A stretch of 64,000 nucleotides of DNA from Eledone cirrhosa (Eukaryota): positions 31,000,001 to 31,064,000 of the forward strand of contig OZ024747.1 in assembly GCA_964016885.1 (NCBI GenBank), read 5' to 3'. Every line of letters starts with the position of its first letter. Position 1 is the stretch's first letter. Below, piece after piece: positions 49,819 through 63,604 of this stretch. The notes beneath the pieces are model-generated. The model was not told the origin of the DNA, did not search any database, and saw only the letters and a program-made list of their open reading frames with translations. Position numbers and translations under genes: made by a program.

Positions 49819-51749
49819 ATTGCGGCATATAAGTAAATAAGTACATTAAGCTATAATTATAATTCATAGAGCAATTTGGAAAAATAAAAATAATATATAG
49901 TATATGAAGCATAGCCCTCAGTAAAAACTCCCTTGAGAAAGTGGGGTATGTTTCTCCTATCGTTTAATAATAGAAAAGACAAACATGGTTTATTGTAATT
50001 CTGCTCACCATGCTAACATTTGACATACATATTCATAAATTAGAATCTTTTTGAAATGTTTTCTTCATCTCCTTCATGTACGTCAACCCATGTACTATCA
50101 AGACTTTAATTTTAATGTAAGCTATAACTTTTGTGCCAAGAGTTGCAACCGAAAGATAGTATCAGACCTATAGAAATATTGTTTCCTTGGTTTGATTTGC
50201 CAAGTTCCACTCGACTCGGTAAGCAAATGAGGTCTGGAATCTAGTCACTCGATTGATAAAAAAAAAAAAAACCTTTACAGATATGTATTTTATTTCTTAC
50301 ATATATTACATAGTTTATTAACTTGTCATCTCTCTCAGAACATCTCAATAACATACAGAACAAAATATAAAATAGATGCAAATGCAAAAAGAAATTGTGT
50401 TATGCAATGATCAGCTTGCAGAAATCTTATATTCCAGATAGTTAAGATAATGTAACAGAAGTTGAGCTTAGAAATAACTGTAATTGGAAATGTAGATGAA
50501 TATATCAATCTTGCTAGATAATTTCAAAGTTGACAAAAGAAGTGTCAAACCACTTTTGAAGTTAATCAGTGTATTATAAGGGAACTTTTAATTAACTCAA
50601 ATGTGGAAGATGATTACTTCGGAGGGTTTTTATGCTTATTGTTAATGCTGTGGTATCATTCAAAGTACATAGAATGGAAAAATTCTAAGTTGAAAATGTA
50701 TATTGAATGACATGTGAAAGAAAGCTAAATCTATTCAGGTTTCGTACAATGCCTACTCAATTAATAAATATAGTTAATGAATTCTCCTCAAAGAGGAACA
50801 GTTCTCAGCAGAAAATCCTACCACAATAAAATATGAAATTTGGTTTAAGAAAAAAAAAAAATTCTTACAATGTAAACCTTAAACTATCATTGATTTTGGA
50901 AAAATAAAAGATACAGAATTGATGTCAGAAAGAGATTCTTATAGAATAATCCATAGAAAATACAAGAGAAAGAATCAAGTGGAAATTATTCTCAATTTAT
51001 CAATAGAAACAGTTTATAATGCAGTAGTATTACTTACTACATTATAATGAAAAACACATAAAATCTTAAAACAATAGACAAATGATTGAAGAGGATTCAA
51101 CAAAATAAACTAATCTTAAATGAATATCCATAAGATAAAGGAGATTTCAAAATATATTGATCCCTTATGGCTTCAAATATAAAGGTGATTTCAAAATAAT
51201 ATTGATCCCTTATTTATGTTGGCTGCAAATGGGCTATATTCACTTAAACTCTATTTTATCAAGTATAGAACCTATAGAATTCCCTTTATGTTCTTGTGGA
51301 GACTATTCAGGAATATTATGGTATTATTTGTTCCAATATAAAAACTTCCCATCTGAGAGAGAGGACATCTTAACGTTAGACTTTTAAAAACTATCAAGAT
51401 TGTAGGTACAGTATATTGTCAAATATCTACCAACCATATACAAGTTCTTTCAGTACATAGAGGCTATAAAAAGTTTGAATGGAAACATTTAGGAGTTTTA
51501 GAGCTGTCTTTGTTTTTCATCTTTTTCCTTACCTTAGCTTCTTTCACCTTCTTTTTCTCCTCTCTTTTCTTTTACCTCTGTTTCTCTCTTGGTTTGTGTC
51601 CTAATTATACGAGGTATAATTTGATGACTCTCTTATTCTTTCATGGCTCTATCAATCAACAAGAACCCAGACCTCATTTGCTTACTGAGTGGGATGGAGC
51701 TTGTAAAATTGGAACTAAAGAAATAATGTTTCCATTAATCTATCCACTC

Positions 51750-53810
51750 ATCATCATCATCATCATCATCATCATCGTTTAACGTCCATATTCCATGCTT
51801 GCATGGGTTTGGACGGGGGTTTTCCCACTTGAGGCAATAGTGGTTGTCTTGCTCGCATAGGACTGTGTGGCGGGTTTTCTACAGCTGAATGCCCTTCCTA
51901 ACACCAACCACATTTACAGTGTGGAACTGGGAGGTTTTTTACCATGTTGCCTACACGACCACATTACAGCGTGGACTGTGTGTTTTTTTTTGTCGTGACA
52001 CCTACACGACCTCATTTGTTTCGGGCTGGATGTTGTGACACCAACATAACTTTACATTGAAGAGGTGGTGTGGATGGGGTGGGGGTAGTGGGATGTGGTG
52101 TATTTTGTTAGAGGTGCCTACTGACTGTAGTAGGTTTCCTTTGTACTTAGGTAAGGCGGGTCTTCTCTATTACTGCGTAGCACCAAAGCTCTCGGTCCAG
52201 TGACATTGTCTTGGAGAGGTGTAAGTATGTGAGGTTGGAATTTATCAAGTCGTCCCAGGTTTTTCTGGGTCTGCCTACTCCGTGGCTACCGTCTATTTTT
52301 ATTGCCCTGCACTTTTTTATACAGCTGTCGTCTTTCATGCGCATCACGTGACCATACCAACGTAGTCTTCTCTCGAGTAAACAACATCTGATCCCTCTTA
52401 TTTCTAATTTCTCCCTTAGTACATTTATGCTTTGCCGTTCACGTATGTTACTATTACACATCTAGCGGAGCATGCAAGCTTCGTTTCTCTCCAGTCTGCA
52501 TATATCCTCTGCACACAATGCCCAGGTCTCACTGCCATGTAACATTGCTGTTCGTATGCAGGCATCATACAGCCTGCCTTTCATTTTTAGAGAGAACCCT
52601 TTAGCGGCCAATAGTGGTATAAGCTCTCTGAACTTTTTCCATCCCATTCTGACCCTAGCTACTGTACTTTCAGAGCACCCTCCCCCACTGCTGATTTTAT
52701 CCAGGTAACGGAAGCTGTCCACTATTTCTATAGAACCATCTGTGCAATGGAACAAGTTAGTATTCTGTGGCAACTTGCTGCTACTTATTGCACCAGAGCA
52801 CCAGCCACATATAAAATCTATATTCTTAGATAGTTTACCTGTGATCCCACTACATCTTTTATGTACCCATACTTTGCATTTGGGACATAAAATGGAGTTT
52901 CTACCTACTCCTTTCCTACACACTGAGCATGGCCATTTCCCAGATGGGACCGGTGCCCTATTTTCCTTCCTACAAACTAGAACTTTAGTCTTAGACAAGT
53001 TAACTTTAAGGCCTTTTGATTCTAGGTCATGCTTCCATGTTTGGAATTTCTTCTCTAGTTCAGCCATTGATTCAGCTATGAGGGTTAGATCATCTGCATA
53101 TAGGAGTTCCCATGGGCAGCTGGTCTTGAACTCCTCTGTTATAGCCTGAAGGGCAATAATAAATAGTAGGGGGCTAAGGACGGAGCCCTGATGAACACCA
53201 AATTTTACGCTAAACTCTTCACTATATTCGTTGTTAATTCTAACCTTGCTGGCTGTTTCTTTATACATGGCTTGTATAGCTCTCACAAACCATTCATCAA
53301 CACCTAGTTTTCTAAGGGCCCACGAGATAATCGAGCGGGGTACTCTGTCAAAGGCTTTCTCCAAGTCAACAAAATCTAAGTATAGGGGTTTACTTTTAGC
53401 TAGGTACTTCTCCTGTAGTTGTCGTACAATGAAAAGAGCGTCTGTTGTACTTTTACCTGACACAAACCCGAACTGCATTTCGTCTAGATCAATTCGCTCT
53501 CTGATTAGTTGCGCTATTACTTTTTCTGTGACCTTCATGACCTGGTCAATTAATTTAATGCCTCTATAGTTTCCCCTATCTAGGGCATCACCTTTACCCT
53601 TGTAGCAGTTAATGATGATGATGCTGTGCCAGTCCTTTGGAACGACCCCATTCTGTATGACTTGGGTTACTATCCGAGTGACCATAATGTGTCCCACCGT
53701 TCCAGATGCTTTCAGCATTTCGGCCACTATTTCCGAAGGCCCGGCCGCCTTGCCCGTCTTCATGTCTTTGATCGCCTTACTTATTATACTGCTGATACTA
53801 TCTACTGGTT
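51750..53810 (-). mobile_element. RTE LINE family A, 5'-truncated, best-preserved RT (433-aa ORF 52462-53763)
   Basis: GKAAGPS, NYRGIKL, QFGFVSG, DLEKAFDRVP, VHQGSVLSPLLF, LLYADDL, PHD-type finger and LHGSETW. Stop at W>TAG. 3' UTR and (CAT)n tail at 51750. Confidence 0.95.
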
Positions 53811-56800
53811 GAAACTCCTGGCAGTTCTATAAGGACTTTTGAATTGATTAATTAAATAGAAAATAAATATCCATTGATTTGAAAAGAGAAACGAATATTA
53901 TATGATTAGCATGTTTTTCATGACAGTTTTATTAGCCTGAATGAAGGGAATTAGCTTGAATCAAAAATTTATTCCACCATGCAGTGGAACAAGACTGAAG
54001 ACTAACTCATTACAAAGTGAAACACTAAACCGGTCAACCATGTGTATTCTTTGCTGTAAATCCACTAGCAAGGAAGAATTGTTTAAAGAACTACTGAGGA
54101 GACGCATAATAAAATATATTTTGGTGATAGGAAGGGCATCCAGCCATAGAAAAGTTGCCAAAAGAAGACATGACAACTTCCCTTATGATGATGCCTCGAT
54201 AAAATGCACTCAGTGTCAATGACCCAGTCCACCTGGAGGTCAGAAGTTTTGCTTTAGTTTTGCTAAGAGTGGTTAGTGAAAACATGTCCAACCCTTATTA
54301 GCAAAGAAGCAGACATTAAAAGATGATGATGATATTTTGTAGTGAAATTTCTTAGTAATTCTTTTAATTAGATAATGAACCTCACATATGAGAAACCACA
54401 GTCTAAAACAATCATTCTAAATAAGGAGTGCATGACACATAGAAGAGCAACTTGAATAATTTAGAGGTGAATGTTTCTAAATTTTAAATTATATCCTTTT
54501 AGCAACTAATATGTTTTTATATTGTAGATGAGGAACACAAAATTTAAAGTGTGATGGTGAGGTATTGAGGAAATACGGTTAAGAAACATTGTTCTAAAAT
54601 TGTTACCTAGTGGTTTTAATCTTCAAACAAATGACAAAGAAATTCACTTTATTTATTCTGAAAGAAGGATATAAAGAAGATGTATTTCAGTAATTCGTGT
54701 TCAGTAACATAGCATTTACATTTTCATTTTAGTTTAATGGTAATTTTCTGTTATTTACACACACACATTGCTACAGAAGTATACTACAAGATAAAACTAA
54801 CGATAAAAAAAATATAAGGGATAGTGTTGGGATTGTATAGAAGTAGTTGAAAAACACTATGATTTTAGAAATTGAAAAAAAAATACAAAGGTAATATAAA
54901 TTATCAAATAAAATTGTACATGGCACAACCATTAAATGTTGTGCATTCTATGTGTATAGAACATCAACTAAACAATACAATACAAAGTTATTGTTGTCTT
55001 TAAGCACTCAGATAAATCTAACTTGATGTCTAAAGACGAAAATGCCTATGATAACCTACACCATCATTATGTAAAATTTATAATGTCTGGGTTATTATAT
55101 ATATTTCCATTACACACAAAAGAAGTTTGATTGATTTGTTGTCAGATATTGCCATGAATAGAGATGAACTTCGATTCAGTAAAACTGAAGAGACTTGATG
55201 CTTGCATGGCCTAAAGACAAAGGAGTGTGACAGGAGACACAGCCTTTACCAAAAGATGATGTTATCAACTATATATTCATCCTTCAGATATTCATGCAGA
55301 TCAGGATAAGATTAAATGATTTAGAAAAGCACATCTTGCTTAGATGTTCCATTTTTGGCATGGTTTCTATTGCGGGGTAGCAGAGTGTACTGGGTGCATT
55401 TTAGTGTGGTGCTAATACTACCACTTTACAGAATGTACTAGGTACATGTTGTCATGGTACTAGCAATATCACTTTACAGTGTATATCGCGTATTTTATCA
55501 TGGCACTATCACTATTGCTTTACAGTGCATACCATGTGTATTTTATCATGGTATTAGCACTATCACTTCTTAGAATGTACTGGGTGCATTTATTATGGCA
55601 CAGATAACAGACCTGGTATGGTCGGGTCAGTATTAACTCAATACAATTTGAAAAATGAACCACAAAATTATATTAAAGCCAAACAGTGTTATATTACAAC
55701 AGAATATTATTTTTTGGAATGAACAATCTCTATATTTTTAGAATGTGTAAATAAATTCTAAGATGTGCATACATCAAATCATTGAAGTAGAAAACGAAAA
55801 GATCTCAAAATATGAACATCAAAGACATATCATGCATATCCTGTGCATCACAATTTAGCGTTTGTAACAAAGTTATTGATTTTTAGAATAGATTCACCCT
55901 ATCTCTGCATGTTGTAAGAGGCAACTAAAAGGTTTAGCATCAGTCTTATGCTATCCTGGGAAAAGTTGATGTAAAAACATTGCCAATATGTATGAGTAGT
56001 AAATAAGAAACTACAAATTAGCAACTACAGAAAATAAGAGACAACTAATTAAAAAGAAGCTAATTAGCTTAAATATTATTCAAGTTGGATTTATGCCAGG
56101 ACAAGATATCACTAAAATTCTCTTCCTTGTGATGCAACTGCAGGAATATCAACATTTTTGAAAGCCAATGAAGAAAGCATTGATACAGTTGTTTAACTTT
56201 CTAGAAATACTAGCCAATCTCATTCAGATCATACACTTCTATCTTTCAAACAAGAAAGATTCACTTGGTAAGGAAGAAAGTATTGATGCAGTTGTTTAAC
56301 TGCCTAGAAATACCAGCCAAATCTTCTTCAGACCAAACCTGACTATCTTTCAAATAAAAAAGGCTTCAAGGAGCAATGAAGACAGACTGGTCAAGTCCAA
56401 ATCAACTTTGATTATAAATCTGCTCAACCAGCCTAAACAACACCAACCAACACATTTTCATTAAGATTTTGGTATATGATAGCAAAATGTATTTACGCAA
56501 ATAACCATCTGATTTGCAGAATCCTTGCCAAAACTATTCCATTATTTGTATAGAAAGATGGATTGAGCAGCACAAAATATCTCTATGTAATCTTTAATTA
56601 GGATAACTTCTAACATAAGGTAACTCTGCTACTACTCACACAAAAATCTTGAATCACATCCAAGAAAGGCTGCAAGACTGATTGACATTGATTGGCTTGA
56701 GTTGCTCATCGACAATCTCCAATATTCAGCTTCTGTTCTCTGCCTTTTCAATTGCTATAAGAACGGCCTCAGCTTCTTGGTTCTGGCTGACTGTTTCCTC

Positions 56801-57589
56801 TGCCATTCAGAGATCCTGACTCATCCCTTCTTCCCTCAACACTCATATTGTGTCTCTATGCATGGCCTCTACTTCTTGGAATTGATTGACTCTTGCCTCT
56901 GCTATTCAGAGATCATGACTCATCTTTTCTTCTCTTGATACTCATATTGTTTCCCTTTGCCCCAAGGCTCCACATTAACCCTGTAAACCCCCATCCCACC
57001 CCACCACGATTATCAGCCCTCTATCTATGTTTTATGAGCAACTGCCAATTTGTAACTATTCAAGAGAAACATTAGTATACATTCTTACACTCTGCCAATT
57101 GTATAAATGATCTGGGGGCCTGCATCTCACATATGTTCTTATGCTCTACTATTATTTCTAGTTTACATTTTCAAATGAACATACATTACTTCAAGCCAAA
57201 AAGGTAACCTTTATGGAGTCACTCGAGCTCCTAGAAATAACAGTCAAATCTCCTTCTCCATTATCTAAAAGGGAGAGGAGACATGTATCTTGAATAATGT
57301 AGTACTGAACACACTATGTCTCAAAATATCATATGAGATGATCAGGACTACAATGCTTCTGATAAAAGGTTAAATAATTATAGTAGCATTGGCCATGGAG
57401 TTGTTCCTTTGTTCTGAAACTTCTTGCCTTATGACACTTCAATCTCATTTGTTCTTGCAATACAATAATTTCAAGTTACATACACATCAATAAAACTATT
57501 CTTCCATAAATTTGATACCTTCTTGATGTGTGTACACACCCTTTACCTAGGAAAATACACTGCCTCTATAACCATTCTCATATAATAAT

Positions 57590-57778
57590 TATTTCTACTT
57601 CTGGCACAAGGCCAGCAATTATCCCAGTGCATTACTGGTACTTTATTTTATCGACCCCGTAAGGATGAAAGGCAAAGTTAACCTCGGCGGGATTTGAACT
57701 CAGATCATAAAGGGCCGTAACTCTTTGCTGCAAAGCATGGCGTCCGACCCTCTACCGATACTGCCAATCCATCGCCGT
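57590..57778 (-). mobile_element. SINE family 2 with TSD
   Basis: 17-bp TSD CATTCTCATATAATAAT at 57573-57589 and 57779-57795. Confidence 0.92.
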
Positions 57779-58114
57779 CATTCTCATATAATAATGGGAT
57801 GTGTGCTTTTGTTCAATGTCACACTAATAAGATAGTGTAGAAAGTAGAAGGCTGTCAAATGACAAATAGAAACAGAGTGACAGAAAGAAAAGTAAAATGT
57901 AGGTAATTAAAAAGATGAGGTGTTTATCTGACTGACCATAGTGGCAAACAGATATACTGAGGCCCTAAGCTATATGAAATTTGAGACTCTTCTCTAACAT
58001 GTGTATGTATATATATATATGTTCGGAAAAGATTGTTTTGGTAAAAACAGGAGTAAGCAGGAGAAAGCTCTCAACATTCGTTGTTTTAGTTACGATGGAG
58101 AATTTTATAAAAAT

Positions 58115-58190
58115 AATAAAATAAGATGCTGAGGTTACATATATCGTTTAATCATAAATGATATATGTAACCTCAGTATCTTATTTTATA
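58115..58190. repeat. Short near-perfect hairpin palindrome next to (TA)n
   Basis: ATAAAATAAGATGCTGAGGTTACATATATCGTTTA-ATCA-TAAATGATATATGTAACCTCAGTATCTTATTTTAT. Confidence 0.9.
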
Positions 58191-58248
58191 TATATATATA
58201 TATATATATGGCTCTGTCTAGTTTATGTATATGTAAATTTCTCTCTCG

Positions 58249-58279
<31 letters not shown>

Positions 58280-59572
58280 ATTTGATAATTTAGAGTTAAA
58301 GAATAAAAACTAATAAAATAAAAAGAAATATTTTAAAAAATGAGTCCCCCAAGGGTATGTAGCCCTAGGCTATAGCTTATAGGTAAGTCCAGCTCTGCAA
58401 ACAGAGAGTGTGTGGAAGGAAATTGAGAAGAGACTATGTTGGAATAAGAAGTTAGCTTTATGTTGCTTTAAATTGGTAAAAAAATAGAACTAATCTTCAT
58501 ATACTGAAATTGATGGAAAACTTGAAATTTTAATAGAATTCTCAGTTTCACTATGAATATTGTTGTAATAAATGCTTCTGGAACCAAGATAATTACATGT
58601 AAACCTTTCAAAATTTGTAAACATTTTGTAAACACAGCATCATCATTTCTAATTTGATTTTTATAATCATAATTAAACAGTTAGTGAAGAAGTAAAAGAT
58701 GTTTTTAAGTAAAGAAAGCTGTCAGTTTTTATGGCAGCAATGATGTGTTTATACATTGTTTTGACCCACCATTCTCAGCGAGAGGTATGCCTTGTTGCAT
58801 TTATCACTTATTGGTCTTTAACTTTTGATTAAGATCAAAAAGTGATATTTTACTATTAAATAAAGTGTGAAGATTTTGGGTAAGAAATATAGGAATGGTT
58901 TCACACGTTGATTTAAAATAATGCACCATTCTCTAAAACTAATAAATCTGCCATTATTCTTAATACAATAATATAAAACGTAATTTGTAATTCTACTACA
59001 ACCCTATATAACAACGACATCATCATATCTCCATGAAACAAAGGTTTCATAACCCATGTAAATTGAGAAAACATTTATCTTCTTGTCCCATGTCTCTTTA
59101 ACTATTTCAAATTAACACTTTCATTTGCCATGTATTTAGTGACAGACACTGCTTATTAATCTTGAAACAATTTGATATGATTTTCAAGAATTTTAAGGAA
59201 TTCAGGTACATCACTGACTTTCACATTATTAAGCTGGTGTTTGGACCACGAGTTAACAAAGGTTCTTACATTAAAGTATGATGGAAGGTATTTAGATAAA
59301 TATAGACACTTTAAAACAAATAAATTTGTATCACAGAATCCAGTGCAGTTTCTTATAAAAAGGTTAACATGCTTTCTGGCTCATGACTTCACAGTCCTTT
59401 AACACCAACTGCCCAATTACATAACTTGCTATATTAAGAAGTATATTTATAACAACAGTTTTGTATTTCTATGTTAATATTATATAACACCAGTATCTCC
59501 ACAATTTTATTCATACTAGAATTTTTTCACCATGCTGATGCATGTATGAGTATATTATTATAAATGCACAAC

Positions 59573-59758
59573 ATTGGTGGATTGGCAGTATTGGTAGAGG
59601 GTTAGATGCCATGCTTTGCAGCAAAGAGTTACGGCCCTTGCCATTCTGAATTCAAATCCTGTCGAGGTTAACTTTGCCTTTCATCTTTACGAGGTCGATA
59701 AAATAAAATACCAGTAATGCACTGGGTAATTGCTGGCCGTGTGCCAAAAGTAGAAACA
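59573..59758 (+). mobile_element. SINE family 2 with TSD
   Basis: 19-bp TSD ATTATTATAAATGCACAAC at 59554-59572 and 59759-59777. Confidence 0.9.
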
Positions 59759-59876
59759 ATTATTATAAATGCACAACTTGCATTCATACCTTCACGCAAA
59801 CACATACATTTACACAAACACACACATACACACACACACAAGTGTAGTGAATGTTAGACGATGTTTTCTGTAATTT

Positions 59877-60081
59877 GTCATCACTCCTTCCTTCCTCAAT
59901 CATCTCTAGTGTGTGATGCCATCACCCCTTCCTTCCTCAATCATATCTAGTGTGTGATGTCATCACCCCTTCCTTCCTCAATCATCTCTAGTGTGTGATG
60001 TCATCACCCCTTCCTTCCTCAATCATCTCTAGTGTGTGATGTCATCACCCCTTCCTTCCTCCGTCATCTCTAGTGTGTGAT
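59877..60081. repeat. Minisatellite, 5 x 41 bp
   Basis: Unit GTCATCACCCCTTCCTTCCTCAATCATCTCTAGTGTGTGAT, with no spacers. Confidence 0.95.
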
Positions 60082-61006
60082 GGAAGGACGGAAGTTGCTC
60101 AAATTTATATATAGATTTATCCTGCACTGTGTGAGAAGAGAGAGGTGTTTCATAGAAATATTTTCATCAACCCTTCTATTACTGCTTTTCTGTACCAATA
60201 AAATATGAACATAGTTTGAAGAAATAACTTCTGAGGGCTGATATGATTCATTAAATCCCCTGAAAGCAGTGGCCCAGCATGGCCAAAGTCATATATATGA
60301 ATAAAGTAAAAGAATAAATGAGAATATCTGTATCACATCAGATAAGGTGGGCAATATTGTTTTAGCCAACAATACATTGAAATAGCTATAATTAATCATT
60401 GTTATACACTGTTATGCCCATCCAGGCAACTTTTGTTTATCTATAAATAAATAACTAAAGAAAAACACTGTAGTTAAGGGAGAAAGATTTAAAAAAAGAA
60501 GAAAAACAGAAGCAGAAAGGGAACATTGTAACAATGGAAGTTTTCCAGTATTAAACAATCTACTTAATATTTATATCATCTGGATAAAACTCAATTCAGA
60601 TAAATATATATATATATATAAATAAAAATACATACAAACACACATGCATACATACATAACAAACACACATACAAACATATATACACACACATATATACAT
60701 ACATATGTTGTTGCACTTATTTACTTTTTAAATTTCTATATGATTTTTAATCATATCATAATTATCAACAATGACAATTGTTGCCAAGTAAAGCAATCAT
60801 CATATGTATGTACATAAAACATGACAAGCATTTCCACCTTTATCAACAAACAAATTCCATTTACAAAGCATTGGTTAACCCAAGCTACAATACCACCAGA
60901 TGCAATATTATAAGATAATATTTTAGCTTATGATTTTTTTTTAAATGAAAAAACCCCAAAAAACAATGAATGAAAGAATAACAAATAAAAAATTGTATTT
61001 ACTTAC

Positions 61007-61254
61007 TTAGATTTACGAAACGTTTACTAAATTCATATGTGATATTGAAACCTCTTCGCTCAAACTTAAAATCAGCATTTGCATCAAATGCATGGTGGTC
61101 AAAACTGACTCGCCCACTTCTAGTTTTAAATTCAATATAAAGTGCTTCCTTTGAAGAGAATAATGTCAAATTATTGTAATGTCCACAGAATACTCCAATG
61201 ACAGGATCCTCTTTACTGTATCCATCGTATATTTTGACATAATCAAACGGACAA
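61007..61254 (-). CDS. Internal exon of a CUB-domain protein, SOL-1 (suppressor of lurcher 1)-like
   Basis: Acceptor TTTTCTGTTTCAG and donor GTAAGT flank an open 248-bp exon: CPFDYVKIYDGYSKEDPVIGVFCGHYNNLTLFSSKEALYIEFKTRSGR...RRGFNITYEFSKRFVNL. CUB motifs C..DYV.IYDG, G.FCG and GF...Y are present. The SOL-1 resemblance is from memory only. Confidence 0.9.
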
Positions 61255-61891
61255 CTGAAACAGAAAAGATTGAAATAAAACTGTTAGTTACAAAGCTTCA
61301 TTAAATCTATTTTAATAAGCTTTCTTATGGTGGTGAACTATATAATTCCTTCAAAATATAGAAATAAATAAATCTAAAACTCTCTGAAATATATTCTAAA
61401 AAAAAAAAAATGCCTAATCATACATTAGGATGTGTGCATGCATGTGTTTGTATGTATAAAGATATCTGTATGTAGTAGACAGCTGAGAGAAAAGAGTACT
61501 CAATACCGAAGTTGAGATTTAATATTCATTTTATTAAGGCTAAATAGTGAGTCTAACTCTGGAGTTTCACCTGATAACTCTGATAAAGAAATGAAACAAG
61601 AATTATTATTTTGCCTTAATGAAATGAATATATATATATACAAAAAGTAAACAGAGACAAAAAAAGCAAATGACACAGTAAAATGAAGAAATATATTAGT
61701 TTAACACAGTAGGGAATTGTCCTTCATCGGAAGATAGAATCAGAATAAAAGATGAAATAGAAAGATAGAGAATGAGAAGAAAAAGGAATGGCAAAAAAGT
61801 GTTTTTGATAAAAATACTTATGTATTTAGTCAGCCATATTGGAGAAAACAAATATACATATAAATGTGTGTGTGTGTGTTTGCCCGTGTGC

Positions 61892-61923
<32 letters not shown>

Positions 61924-61966
61924 TTCTTGTGTATACATATATATAATATAATTTTTCTCTAATAAT

Positions 61967-62152
61967 TGTTTCTACTTTAGGCACAAGGCCAGCAATTAAC
62001 CAGTACATTACTGTTACTTTATTTTATCGACCCCGTAAGGATGAAAGGCAAAGTCAACCTCAGTGGGATTTGAACTCAGATCGTAAAGGGACGTAACTAT
62101 GCTGGAAAGCATGGCATCCGACCCTCCACCGATACTGCCAATCCACCGCCCT
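61967..62152 (-). mobile_element. SINE family 2 with TSD
   Basis: 18-bp TSD TAATTTTTCTCTAATAAT at 61949-61966 and 62153-62170. Confidence 0.92.
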
Positions 62153-62289
62153 TAATTTTTCTCTAATAATACTCAACAACAAAGTTCAACAAGCCAAAAT
62201 ATACTAAACAAGATACAATTACTTATTTAGTATAATAAAATTAAAGCCACAACAGAAAAACCCCTTTGTAATATATATATATATTTTTT

Positions 62290-63568
62290 TCATCGTTTAA
62301 CGTCTATCTTCCATGCTAGCATGGGTTTAGACAGGAATTGTCCCACTTGAGGCAAGATAGGTCGTCTCGCTCGTATAGGACTGCCTGGTAGGTTTTCTAG
62401 AGCTGGATGCCCTTCCTAACACCAACCACATTTACAGTGTGGACTGGGAGCTTTTTACCGTGTTACCTACACAACAACATTATAGTGTGGACTGTGTGTT
62501 TTTTCGTCGTGACACCTACATGACCTCATTTATTTAGGACTGGATGTTGTGGTACCAACATAACTTTACAGAGAAAGGGGTGGTGTTGATGGCGGTGGGG
62601 GGGGGGGGGGGTATATTTGGTTATGAGGTGCCTACTGACTGTAGGTTACGCTTTGTACATAGGCAAGGCAGGTCTTCTGTATTACTGCGTAGTGCCAAAG
62701 ATCTCGGTCCAGTGACATTGTCTTGGAGAGGTAAAAATGTGTAAGGTCAGAATTTATCAAATTGTCCCAGGTTTTTCTGGGTCTGCCTACTCTGTAACTT
62801 CCATCAATTTTGATCACCCTGCACTTTTTTATACAGTTGTCGTCTTTCATGCGCATCACGTGACCATACCAACGTAGTCTTCTCTGAAGTAAACAGCATC
62901 TGATCCCTCTTATTCCTAATTTCTCACTTAGTTCATTTATGCTTTGCCATTCACATATATTACTATTACACATCCAACGGAACATGCAAGCTTCGTTCCT
63001 CTCCAATCTGCACAGATCCTCTGCACACAATGCCCATGTTTCACTGCCATGTAACATCGCTGTTTGTATGCAGGCATCATACAATCTGCCTTTCATTTTT
63101 AGAGAGAAACCTTTAGCGGCCAATAGTGGTATAAGCTCTCTGAACTTTTTCCATCCAGTTCTACTGTACTTTCAGAGCACCCTCCTCCACTGCTGATTTT
63201 GTCACCCAGGTAACGGAAGCTCTTTACTATTTCTGTAGACCCATCTGGGCAGTTGAAGGAGATAGCTTCCAGTCGGTCCTTGCTACTTATTGCACCTGAA
63301 CACCGGCCACATATAAAATCTACATTCTTAGATAGCTTACCTGTGATCCCACTACATCTTTTATGTACCCATAATTTGCATTTGGGATATAGAATGGAAT
63401 TTCTACCTACTCCTTTCTTACATACTGAGCATGGCCATTTCCCAGAGGGTATCTGTACCCTATTTTTCTTTCTACATACTAGAACTTTAGTCTTAGACAA
63501 GTTGATTCTAAGGACTAGGCCATGCTTCCATGTTTGGAACTTCATCTCTAGTTCAGCCATGGATTCAG

Positions 63569-63572
<4 letters not shown>
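62290..63572 (-). mobile_element. RTE family A 3' portion
   Basis: IAESMAELE, PHD-type finger, FRYLG, LHGSETW, RRLRWYGHV and 3' UTR. Confidence 0.92.

Positions 63573-63599
<27 letters not shown>

Positions 63600-63604
<5 letters not shown>

Noticed and set aside
59877-60081. CRISPR-like array
   Set aside because: Units are contiguous with no unique spacers, there are no cas genes, and the context is eukaryotic.
61705-61740. Minus-strand CCGATGAAGGACAATTCCC as a hammerhead or a fourth permuted motif
   Set aside because: The core is mutated and the partner strands are not identifiable.
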